From a virus, in the IMG/VR virus record IMGVR_UViG_3300040959_000809: 64,000 bases of DNA; one strand, written 5' to 3'. This document shows, in pieces, positions 17,825-26,391 of this stretch. The position numbers were made by a program, and so were the translations under genes. How positions within the stretch are numbered: position 1 is the stretch's first letter; every line of letters starts with the position of its first letter. The notes below the pieces were generated by a model, which did no database searches, had not been told where the DNA came from, and saw only the letters and a list, made by a program, of their open reading frames with translations.

Positions 17825-18339
17825 TTAGAAAGGTTATACTCATTGGTAATGGTCCGTCAAGTAAATTTTATTCACAATTAAATCATTTAGATGGCGGAAT
17901 GACAGCTGGGTTTAACCTTACTGAACACAATGTAGATATTATTTTTGTAAGCGATAAAAAAGTTATTAATAAACTTGAAGGCAATCCAAAGGTACATGTA
18001 TTAAAAAAGCCTTTCATGACAAAAAAAGGTGGGCTTAATCTTGCATGGAATACAGGCCATAATGCATATAACTACCTAAGAAAAATGGGTTATACTCATT
18101 TTGAAATGTATGGTTTTGATTTGCTCTTTTCAGACAATTGGAGTTCGTCGACAGATCGAGTATTTAATAAGGATCTGTGGGTTCAACAGGCGATTGAGGT
18201 TGACATTAATAACGAATGGATTCAATACTGGAATGAGATAATTGACACACCTACAATCATTCATGCTCCTGTCGGGGCAAAACTTTATGTAAACTCTAAA
18301 CATGCACAAATAGAACACCATGAAAACTTTAATTATTAG
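17821..18339 (+). CDS. GNGPS-motif protein (sialyltransferase/Maf-like fold)
   Basis: VILIGNGPSS N-terminal motif, MYGFD. Confidence 0.45.
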   Translation: MIRKVILIGNGPSSKFYSQLNHLDGGMTAGFNLTEHNVDIIFVSDKKVINKLEGNPKVHVLKKPFMTKKGGLNLAWNTGHNAYNYLRKMGYTHFEMYGFDLLFSDNWSSSTDRVFNKDLWVQQAIEVDINNEWIQYWNEIIDTPTIIHAPVGAKLYVNSKHAQIEHHENFNY

Positions 18340-18868
18340 TATGCCTAAATCAGGCACATATCTATGTAGTAATTTACTTTTAGAGTTTGGAATCAGACAA
18401 ACCTTACTACATTTAAACACAGGTACCTACCAGCAATATACATCTGATATAAACGATACCAGAAAAAATCCCCAAAAATACACACACCAGTTGAACTTTG
18501 AAAAGTCAATAGAGTTATTTGGTGATAATGAGTTTGCGGTCACCCACGTACCATATAATAAGAAAAGAGCTCAATTGCTGAAGAACACAAAGAAAATACT
18601 TTTGGTGAGAGACGAAAAGGAAATTGTAGAATCATATCAAAGATGGAATGAAAAAACTGATAGACCTATGCCAGCGTTAAATTTAGGTGATATAAAGAGA
18701 TGGGAGCAAGAAACTAATATTTTTAAGCTTTCATTTAATGATATGATAAATAAAAATGTAGAACAGATTGATAGGTTACAGAACTATCTTTTTAATAGTA
18801 TAAAGTTTGATAGTCTGATGTGTATTAAGAATGCAATTGAATTGCCATCAATGACAAAAATGAGGTAA
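18320..18868 (+). CDS. sulfotransferase-like protein
   Basis: SMPKSGTYL PAPS-binding loop, LLVRD. Confidence 0.6.
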   Translation: MKTLIISMPKSGTYLCSNLLLEFGIRQTLLHLNTGTYQQYTSDINDTRKNPQKYTHQLNFEKSIELFGDNEFAVTHVPYNKKRAQLLKNTKKILLVRDEKEIVESYQRWNEKTDRPMPALNLGDIKRWEQETNIFKLSFNDMINKNVEQIDRLQNYLFNSIKFDSLMCIKNAIELPSMTKMR

Positions 18869-18872
18869 TATT

Positions 18873-19544
18873 ATGGTAATATGTGATAAACATAATTTTA
18901 TATTTCTGAGAATTCCGAAGAATGCAAGCTCTAGTCTTGCAGATTTTTTCGTGAGAAACTTTTGTGATCAGAATGATATATGGACAGAGGTAAACGATTG
19001 TGGTATTAGAGACAATAATGTAAGCCCAGAGTTGATTAGAAAATATAGACATCAGTACAGGTTTATCCACCTAATGCTTCAGGAACTAGTGGATAATAAT
19101 GTCGTGACCCCGACTACGTTGGCTGATAAGGAAATCATAAGTGTACTTAGAAACCCACATAGGCGCCAATTATCACTTTATTTCTTTTTAAAGCGAGGAC
19201 AAAGAAAATCGCCTGAGGAATTTAGACATATTTTTAGAGATGGTTATCATGAAACGGATACTTCAAATAGGATTCTCCAAACAGATTATCCTAAATTAAA
19301 AGGTGTTGACAAAGGGACATGGTGGATATATAATAGACTTAATGAACACTTGCAAGAGTTTTGCTCCTCCAAGGGCATGACAGGAAAGTTAGAATTAAAA
19401 CAATATAAAAACGGATATACACCGAAACAACAAGAAATCTTTGAACAGTATTATGACCAAAAAACACTTGATGCTGTTAAAAAATATTATGAAAAGGATT
19501 TTGACAAACTTATGGAATTAGGAACGGGATTGGAACTAGCATGA
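18873..19544 (+). CDS. sulfotransferase family 2 protein
   Basis: FIFLRIPKNASSS, LRNPHRRQLSLY, YYEKDF. Confidence 0.75.
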   Translation: MVICDKHNFIFLRIPKNASSSLADFFVRNFCDQNDIWTEVNDCGIRDNNVSPELIRKYRHQYRFIHLMLQELVDNNVVTPTTLADKEIISVLRNPHRRQLSLYFFLKRGQRKSPEEFRHIFRDGYHETDTSNRILQTDYPKLKGVDKGTWWIYNRLNEHLQEFCSSKGMTGKLELKQYKNGYTPKQQEIFEQYYDQKTLDAVKKYYEKDFDKLMELGTGLELA

Positions 19545-20221
19545 ACGAAATACAAAAAGCTTATATTTTAAGAATTGACACCGATCTATCACGAGAGTAT
19601 GCTCAAATTACCGCTGATTCTTGTGATACAATAGGACTACCTTACGAATATCACGAGGGCTTCTATAACATGGATCCAAATGACGCCTGGAATACCATAG
19701 GCTTGAGTAGACATATCAAGCGTAATAACTGGGTTCCAGCTGCACAACTTTGTACGGCTGGTCATGCAGCTATTTGGAAAAAGATTGCAGACAATAATGA
19801 AACTGCAATTATTCTTGAGCATGATGCTGTAATGCTACACGATCCTCGGAATGTTAAAATTGGTGATAATAGAATTGTATGTCTAGGATACAAGTTAAAG
19901 GATCCAACTAGATATGACCATGAAGCCGCAGGTGGTCCTAGAGGACTTAGACAAATATCTGGCCACGAAGGTGCTCATGCTTATGCCATCTCGGCGGCTA
20001 CCGCTAGGTCGATGCTCAAGGAAATTGAGGAAAATGGTGTAAGGTCAGCGGTTGACAATCTATACTTTCTCATCCAACGTGCAAATTATACAAAGATTCC
20101 TTTGGCTATTATGGACCCAACAGCTGCAATTGGTTGGCTGCGAGACTCTACAATTTGGGAGGAACCAGCAGAAAATAATTATGCCTTTGTAGCATCATTT
20201 GAAAGAAATCTGGTAAATTAA
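19541..20221 (+). CDS. glycosyltransferase family 25-like
   Basis: CTAGHAAIW, ILEHDA, AHAYAIS.. A. Confidence 0.75.
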   Translation: MNEIQKAYILRIDTDLSREYAQITADSCDTIGLPYEYHEGFYNMDPNDAWNTIGLSRHIKRNNWVPAAQLCTAGHAAIWKKIADNNETAIILEHDAVMLHDPRNVKIGDNRIVCLGYKLKDPTRYDHEAAGGPRGLRQISGHEGAHAYAISAATARSMLKEIEENGVRSAVDNLYFLIQRANYTKIPLAIMDPTAAIGWLRDSTIWEEPAENNYAFVASFERNLVN

Positions 20222-20224
20222 ACC

Positions 20225-20884
20225 ATGTCGTTTCTGTTAAAGAATGATGTTATATCATTACACGTACCAAAGACGGGTGGTAAGGCATTTGAGCAGTGGA
20301 TTACATATGGTGCCAGGGTGGTTAAGGAACGAATTGTCAATCAACATTATTCATATTCTGAACTAATAAATGTTCACCCTGAGTATACTGATAACGACTA
20401 TATTATGATTATCAGAAATCCATATGCAAGAATTGTAAGTTGGTACCACCACAGTAGAGATGTGTATACATATAGTATTAATAGACCAGCACAAAAGGAC
20501 AAGAACCATCCACCAGAATCACCTAGGTTTAGCCCATCATTTGAAGATTGGGTACGAAAGGAGGACCTAAGAGATTTTCCAGCATTTACAAAAAACAGAA
20601 CGGCTGGATCTTTTGGAACAATGAAATCATATTTACACCCATCTGGTAGGATGCCAACATATCTATTACACCAGGAAACATTAGCAGATGATCTAAAACC
20701 ATTGAGAGAACTATGGGAAACAGACGCACCATTAACAACTGAAAATAAATCGTCTGTTTCCTTTTCAGGTAATAATAATTGGAAAAATGAGTTTAAATCG
20801 GATTATACAAAGGACTTTATATACGAATACTTCAAGGAAGACTTTGAAACCTTTGGATATGATAGAAAGTTCCCCACCGATTAA
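20225..20884 (+). CDS. sulfotransferase family 2 protein
   Basis: LHVPKTGG, IRNPYARIVSWY, FKEDFETFGY. Confidence 0.8.
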   Translation: MSFLLKNDVISLHVPKTGGKAFEQWITYGARVVKERIVNQHYSYSELINVHPEYTDNDYIMIIRNPYARIVSWYHHSRDVYTYSINRPAQKDKNHPPESPRFSPSFEDWVRKEDLRDFPAFTKNRTAGSFGTMKSYLHPSGRMPTYLLHQETLADDLKPLRELWETDAPLTTENKSSVSFSGNNNWKNEFKSDYTKDFIYEYFKEDFETFGYDRKFPTD

Positions 20885-20890
20885 GTAAGT

Positions 20891-20898
20891 TATAAATA
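20891..20898 (+). promoter_or_regulatory. T4-type late promoter
   Basis: Exact TATAAATA 35 nt before the 20933 start. Confidence 0.8.
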
Positions 20899-20932
20899 TA
20901 TCTATAAAGTAGCATAGGAATCGAGACATATA

Positions 20933-23242
20933 ATGGCCGATAAAAAGAAGAAAAAGCCCCCAGTCAAAAACTTTAAAGAATTTGACCCGGCCCAATTCAT
21001 TGAAACTGAACCAAAATTAACAGAAGCCGTTAAAAAAGACACGGTCGTTATTAGTTTCGGCAGAATGAATCCTATTACAGTAGGACATGAAAAGCTTGTT
21101 GGTAAGGTTTTAAATGTTGCTCAAAGCCAAAAGGCGGATCCTGCTATTTTTCTTTCTCACACAACTGATCCTAAAAAGAACCCTTTAACATATGAGGAAA
21201 AACTATTTTTTGCTCAAAAGGCCTTTGGCAAAGTAATTAAGAAATCACCTGCAAGGACAATTATTGAGGTGGCAAAACAACTACAGAATATGTATAAGAA
21301 TATGACTGTGGTAGTTGGTTCTGACAGAGTAAAGGAATTTGAAACCTTATTAAATAAATACAATGGAAAAGATTATAAATTTAATACTATTAATGTAGTT
21401 TCAGCTGGTGAAAGAGACCCAGACTCGGAAGGTGTTTCCGGCATGAGTGCATCCAAGATGAGATCGGCTGCTGCCGATGATGACTTTAAAAGTTTTAAAC
21501 AAGGTCTTCCTAAAAAATTACAATCAACCGCAAAAAAGATTTTTGATACAACGAGGCAAGGTATGGCATTAGATGAAGAAACTTTAGAAGAAGCAGTTCT
21601 ATCGAGAGCCGCACGACGGAAAAGAGCTCGACTCCTTAGAAGATATAAAGGTAAAATTGCTCTTGCACGCAAAAAGGCAATGCGTAGACGTGCCACATTA
21701 GACACTCTAAAGAAAAGAGCTCGGAAAACTGCACGTACTATGATCAAGGATAAATTGGCAAAGTCCAAAAGATTTGCTGATCTTGATCCTACTGCAAAAA
21801 TTGCTATTGAAAAGAGACTTGAGAAAATGCCATCGGCGCGTCTTGAAAGATTGGCTCGACGGATTCTCCCTTCAATTAAACGTAAGGAAACGGACCGTAT
21901 GCAACAAAGAAAAAAGAATGAGTCCTTAAATATTGATGAACAATTTGAAATGTTTATGGAAGAAAGAACACCGTCAGGTCGTTTTGGAAAGAATACCCAT
22001 GATATCAAGGTAAAGGTACCAGGTAGAATTAATAAAGCTATTAAAAAGGGAAGCCCGGTTTGGGACCAACGTGAGAACAAACCTCACCAGGAAACCAAGA
22101 AACACCTTTCCGATATAATGAAAAAGCATGGTGTAAAACCATCTAAGGCAAAACATTATCATAATGACATGACAGGTCATTATATGATGGCACATCCAAG
22201 TAATGATCCAGCAAAAGTTCATGCCGCGGCAACTGAATTTGAAAAAACAGTAGGTAAGGCGGTTCGTACAGAAGCCAAAGATGGTGATGGTGTCAATATC
22301 GTAAGGGACCGTGAATTTAAGGGTAAACCTATGAAGAAAGAGCCTGGTACAATAGGCATTAAATTCTCTGATATGAGAAAGTCTAAGTGGGCCAAGGACT
22401 CTGATACCAATCCAAAAAGATCCAAAGCTATGGGTGAAGCCACAGATCTTGAGGAAAAGCTAAAAGCCTCCGATGATATGGGCACTTGGATTAAGGATTT
22501 CCAGGATTCTGATGCACCACAGTTTAAAGACAAATCAAAAGAAAAGCGTAGACAAATGGCTATTGCTGCTAAATTGGATGCCGAGGATGATGTTAAAAAG
22601 GAATCGGTTCAAAAGGGAACTCATATTTCAGACGATCCAAAGGCTATGGCTAGAATAGAAAAATTCTTCAAAGGTTTGAAGCATCAGCCCAAAGGCAAAG
22701 ATATGAAAGATATGTTCGGGTTCATGATGAAACAAATGGGCTATAACCCTAAAACCGGCCTTAAAGAATATAATGAAGATGTAGATCTTGATGAAGCAGC
22801 TCATGATCCTAAACATGTAAAAATGGCTATAGGCATTGCATCTGATAAAAGATATAAAGGTGGTGACATGACTGGTGCAGTCAAGTCCATCGAAAAGATC
22901 AAAAAGGGACTATCTGATCATCCACAAGTTTCTGCTGTACTAAGAAGACAGAACGAAGAAACCAAAACGGAATCGTTGGACGAAATGTGGGGAACATATG
23001 TTTCAAAACGACCTCACATGCTATTGGATAAGAACAATAAGGTTAAATTTGACAAGCGCTTTAAAATGTTTAAAAAGCAAAATGAACTTGAAGAAGAATT
23101 TACACTTAATGAAGAAATGGATTTGGTAAATGATCTTGAGAATTCAGTAAATGAGTTTGTAGAATCTAATGAATTCAAGGAAGCAACTGAACCAAAACTT
23201 TCGTTTAAGGATATCCAAAAAAGAATGGGAAAGGCAAAGTAA
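20933..23242 (+). CDS. putative polyprotein: HxGH nucleotidyltransferase (cytidylyltransferase/NadD-like) plus about 7 small basic modules
   Basis: FGRMNPITVGH and MSASKMR motifs; acidic linkers LDEETLEE, NIDE..FMEE, DLEE, DVDLDE, SLDE. Confidence 0.75.
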   Translation: MADKKKKKPPVKNFKEFDPAQFIETEPKLTEAVKKDTVVISFGRMNPITVGHEKLVGKVLNVAQSQKADPAIFLSHTTDPKKNPLTYEEKLFFAQKAFGKVIKKSPARTIIEVAKQLQNMYKNMTVVVGSDRVKEFETLLNKYNGKDYKFNTINVVSAGERDPDSEGVSGMSASKMRSAAADDDFKSFKQGLPKKLQSTAKKIFDTTRQGMALDEETLEEAVLSRAARRKRARLLRRYKGKIALARKKAMRRRATLDTLKKRARKTARTMIKDKLAKSKRFADLDPTAKIAIEKRLEKMPSARLERLARRILPSIKRKETDRMQQRKKNESLNIDEQFEMFMEERTPSGRFGKNTHDIKVKVPGRINKAIKKGSPVWDQRENKPHQETKKHLSDIMKKHGVKPSKAKHYHNDMTGHYMMAHPSNDPAKVHAAATEFEKTVGKAVRTEAKDGDGVNIVRDREFKGKPMKKEPGTIGIKFSDMRKSKWAKDSDTNPKRSKAMGEATDLEEKLKASDDMGTWIKDFQDSDAPQFKDKSKEKRRQMAIAAKLDAEDDVKKESVQKGTHISDDPKAMARIEKFFKGLKHQPKGKDMKDMFGFMMKQMGYNPKTGLKEYNEDVDLDEAAHDPKHVKMAIGIASDKRYKGGDMTGAVKSIEKIKKGLSDHPQVSAVLRRQNEETKTESLDEMWGTYVSKRPHMLLDKNNKVKFDKRFKMFKKQNELEEEFTLNEEMDLVNDLENSVNEFVESNEFKEATEPKLSFKDIQKRMGKAK

Positions 23243-23736
23243 TGAATAGCTTTAAAGATCATCTTGCAGAAAAGAAAAATGCAGAAGATCCGGATATCGG
23301 AGACCGAAAAGGATCACAACCTTCCGAATATCATAAAGGAATTAAGTCTGTTTCCACCAAGGTCGCTCGTGATCAACACTTTAAAAAGTATGCCAAAAAA
23401 GGTGAAGATGGCGAGGCGGACAGTCAAGCAAATTATAAACCTGCACCAGGTGACGCCACTGCTACAACAAAACCTTCAAAGCACACAAAACGCTATAAGG
23501 CTATGTTTGGAGAAGATGCAACAGAAGGCTTAAAGAAAAAGGCCGAGAAAAGCGGTATGCCTCTTGGAGTACTTAGGCAGGTTTACAACCGTGGTGTTGC
23601 TGCATGGAAATCTGGTCATCGCCCTGGCACTACTCCTCAGCAATGGGGCTTTGCAAGAGTTAATAGCTTTGTGACCAAATCAAAAGGGACTTGGGGCAAG
23701 GCAGATAAGGATTTAGCAGCCAAGGTGGGGGGCTAA
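23242..23736 (+). CDS. CTS-leader protein with HRPG..PQQW..ARVNSF domain (DUF5824-like)
   Basis: Leader MNSFKDHLAE; C-terminal VYNRGVAAWKSGHRPGTTPQQWGFARVNSF. Confidence 0.65.
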   Translation: MNSFKDHLAEKKNAEDPDIGDRKGSQPSEYHKGIKSVSTKVARDQHFKKYAKKGEDGEADSQANYKPAPGDATATTKPSKHTKRYKAMFGEDATEGLKKKAEKSGMPLGVLRQVYNRGVAAWKSGHRPGTTPQQWGFARVNSFVTKSKGTWGKADKDLAAKVGG

Positions 23737-23738
23737 AA

Positions 23739-24371
23739 ATGCAAAACTTTAAATCGTTTATTTCTGAAGCCGGTGGTGCTGGTGAGTGGGGAGCAAAGAA
23801 ACTCACAAAGAAATATAAAAAAGACACCCCAGGCGAATCCTCTGATTTAAATGAAAGCGCATTAAAAGCACTTAGGGTTGCGACCAAAGCTCATGCAGGA
23901 CAAACACGTAAAAGTGGTGGCAAGTATATTGAGCACCCAAAAGAGGTTGCTCGATTTGTAAAGCAATTTAAAAAGTCAAATAATCTTTCGGCGTTAGTAC
24001 AGGCAGCCTATCTACACGATACTATTGAAGATACTGATACAACATATGATGATTTGGTTAAACAGTTTGGTGCTCTTGTAGCTGATATGGTTCAGGAATT
24101 AACAACTGATAAAGCTGCCTCTGATGCTATTGGTAAAGGTGAATACATCGCTGGTAAGATGGCTAAAATGTCAAGTTGGTCATTAGTTATTAAACTTGCG
24201 GATAGATTAGCAAATGTACAAGACATTGATACTCGGCCTGCAGATTTCCAAAAGAAATATGCTGCACAGACTGCACTTGCCATTAAACGTCTCCGTAGTG
24301 ATAGGTTCTTGAGCAAAACACATAATAAAATCATCTCGGCAATTGAGAAAAAGATTAAAGAGTATGTTTAA
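23739..24371 (+). CDS. CTS-leader HD hydrolase, SpoT/Mesh1 type
   Basis: Leader MQNFKSFISE; AHAGQTRKSG..YIEHP, AAYLHDTIEDT, V.ELT.DK, IKLADRLAN. Confidence 0.88.
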   Translation: MQNFKSFISEAGGAGEWGAKKLTKKYKKDTPGESSDLNESALKALRVATKAHAGQTRKSGGKYIEHPKEVARFVKQFKKSNNLSALVQAAYLHDTIEDTDTTYDDLVKQFGALVADMVQELTTDKAASDAIGKGEYIAGKMAKMSSWSLVIKLADRLANVQDIDTRPADFQKKYAAQTALAIKRLRSDRFLSKTHNKIISAIEKKIKEYV

Positions 24372-24747
24372 GTTTAAAAAATATGTATCTGAAGGCCTCA
24401 AGCTTAAACTCATTAGAGGTAAAGGCGAAGACGTCTTAAAAATAAAAGATAGTAAAGAGAAGTCTTGGGTTGAAGTGCGTGGAAAACCTAACTTCGAAAC
24501 TAAGTTTGATCCAAAAGATCCTCTACATAAAGCAATTGCAGCTTTAAGAAAATCTGTTAATGTGTCTGAGCTTGTGAATGGAGAGCCTGTAGGCATTAAT
24601 CCAAACCATCCTGACGGTAAAAAAGCTCTGGCAGCAATAAAGAAGTTGATGAATGAAACTAACGGCTTTCAACCAGCAATGATGTTACATGAGCCAACCA
24701 AAAAGAAAATATTGTCTAAACAAAAAAAGAATAGAGAAGAAAAATGA
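24364..24747 (+). CDS. CTS-leader hypothetical protein
   Basis: Start moved to MFKFKKYVSE at 24364, overlapping the previous stop. Confidence 0.7.
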   Translation: MFKFKKYVSEGLKLKLIRGKGEDVLKIKDSKEKSWVEVRGKPNFETKFDPKDPLHKAIAALRKSVNVSELVNGEPVGINPNHPDGKKALAAIKKLMNETNGFQPAMMLHEPTKKKILSKQKKNREEK

Positions 24748-25439
24748 AAAGATTTAAGCATTATATTTCAGAAGGTAATGCTAAAGGTGGTTACCATTAT
24801 GAAGATCAGGTTAATAGTAATCTGAAAAAGCATGGAATGCAGAAAAAGGACCAAAAGAGTGCTGGAGCATCAAAGGATGCACCTGATGGAACAATTCGGT
24901 CCAAGGATGGTAAACATCACAATCTTGAAATTAAACAGAATAAAAATGCTATGTATGGACAAATTGGTATGCACCACGATGGCAAAACATGGAAGGTAAA
25001 GGATAAATCCAAAAAGGATTATCCTGAAACTGCAAAACATATTGAAAAACATGTAGTACCTCATATGAATAAACATATGGGAAAGCCATCCGGTGATTAT
25101 CACAAGGATAAAGAAGTACACGGTAACCATTATATCCCACATAAGGGCACTCAGCCCATCCGTGATCATTATGCAAAAGATAGAAACACACATTATATTC
25201 AGATTGGCAAATCCGGTCTCCACCATATGTCAAAGGATCATGGTAAACTTGGTACTCATGAATTAAACGGAGATACTCGTTTCCGTGTACGTGTTAAATA
25301 CCATGGAACAAATAAAAAGACCAACAAGGTAAGTTATAGCCATACTGTTACGATGGAATTAAAGAACCATAAAGCATCACATATAGATCTGGACCATCAT
25401 TCAGAACATTTAGGTAAAATACACGGCAAACATGAATAG
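24744..25439 (+). CDS. CTS-leader PD-(D/E)xK nuclease-like protein, His/Lys-rich
   Basis: Leader MKRFKHYISE; YE ... APDG ... LEIK triad. Confidence 0.65.
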   Translation: MKRFKHYISEGNAKGGYHYEDQVNSNLKKHGMQKKDQKSAGASKDAPDGTIRSKDGKHHNLEIKQNKNAMYGQIGMHHDGKTWKVKDKSKKDYPETAKHIEKHVVPHMNKHMGKPSGDYHKDKEVHGNHYIPHKGTQPIRDHYAKDRNTHYIQIGKSGLHHMSKDHGKLGTHELNGDTRFRVRVKYHGTNKKTNKVSYSHTVTMELKNHKASHIDLDHHSEHLGKIHGKHE

Positions 25440-25716
25440 TTTTAAAACATATATTCTTGAAGCAAAGACACCCAAATGGAAAAAGGCAGGGCCGGATGGT
25501 GAGCAGGAAATTACCTTTCCTACAGGTAGAAGGTTTAAAATAGAAAAACAACTTGATCAAAATGAGCGACATCAACGTGGCGAATATAAGGTCATGGAAT
25601 GGGATTCCAAAACTCGGGATTGGGAATGGCATGAAACATATAGTCCAAAATGGTATGCTAAAGAGAAGGTAATGGAACTAGGCAAGTATGACCAAAAGGG
25701 AAAAAAGGTAGGATGA
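25432..25716 (+). CDS. CTS-leader hypothetical protein
   Basis: Leader MNSFKTYILE. Confidence 0.7.
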   Translation: MNSFKTYILEAKTPKWKKAGPDGEQEITFPTGRRFKIEKQLDQNERHQRGEYKVMEWDSKTRDWEWHETYSPKWYAKEKVMELGKYDQKGKKVG

Positions 25717-26087
25717 AAAAGTTTAAACAACATTTACATGAATCTAACTTTGGTCTATATGAAGGAACCACAGTACCACTTGATCAGCCGATGATTGAAA
25801 TTGATGAGGAACAGGAACCAGAACTTAATTCACCAAAACGTGGCGGCAAGAAAAAGTACATTGTATATGTCCGGGATCCTAATACAAAGAATATAAAAAA
25901 GATCCAATTCGGAGACGACACGGGATTGTCTGCAAAGATTAATGACCCAGGTGCTCGGAAGAATTTTGCAGCCAGACATAATTGTGCTGATAAAACAGAT
26001 AAAACCAAGGCTGGCTATTGGGCATGTAGATTACCAAAATATGCCAAACAATTAGGTCTTAAAGGCGGAGGTGATTTCTTTTGGTAG
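25713..26087 (+). CDS. CTS-leader basic protein
   Basis: Leader MKKFKQHLHE; KNFAARHNC...KAGYWAC domain. Confidence 0.7.
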   Translation: MKKFKQHLHESNFGLYEGTTVPLDQPMIEIDEEQEPELNSPKRGGKKKYIVYVRDPNTKNIKKIQFGDDTGLSAKINDPGARKNFAARHNCADKTDKTKAGYWACRLPKYAKQLGLKGGGDFFW

Positions 26088-26341
26088 TCCCGTATAACGA
26101 CACCAACATGGGGCTCAGAATATTTGACGTACTAGCCGAGAGCTCAGAGTACGTATGGCACCGTGATAAGGAAAGTAGAGAAATAGAAGTTATTTCTGGT
26201 GAGGGTTGGCAGTTTCAAGTTGAGGATTGCTTACCTTGGTTATTAACTAAAGGGATGAAGTTTACAATAGAGTCAGGTGTTTACCATAGGCTTTTAAAGG
26301 GTGTAGATAATCTTGAAATAAGAATAAAAGAAATAACTTAG
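26081..26341 (+). CDS. small cupin-like protein
   Basis: VWHRD, WQFQ, YHRLLKG; TTG start. Confidence 0.6.
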   Translation: MVVPYNDTNMGLRIFDVLAESSEYVWHRDKESREIEVISGEGWQFQVEDCLPWLLTKGMKFTIESGVYHRLLKGVDNLEIRIKEIT

Positions 26342-26344
26342 CAA

Positions 26345-26352
26345 TATAAATA
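26345..26352 (+). promoter_or_regulatory. T4-type late promoter
   Basis: Exact TATAAATA 40 nt before the 26392 start. Confidence 0.8.
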
Positions 26353-26391
26353 TCAAAAATAACCACATTAAATTTTTAAGGATCTAATAAA

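Noticed and set aside
21373-22080. 235-aa minus-strand ORF, plus most other minus-strand ORFs in the track
   Set aside because: Antisense shadows of clear plus-strand genes, with no SD or recognisable motifs
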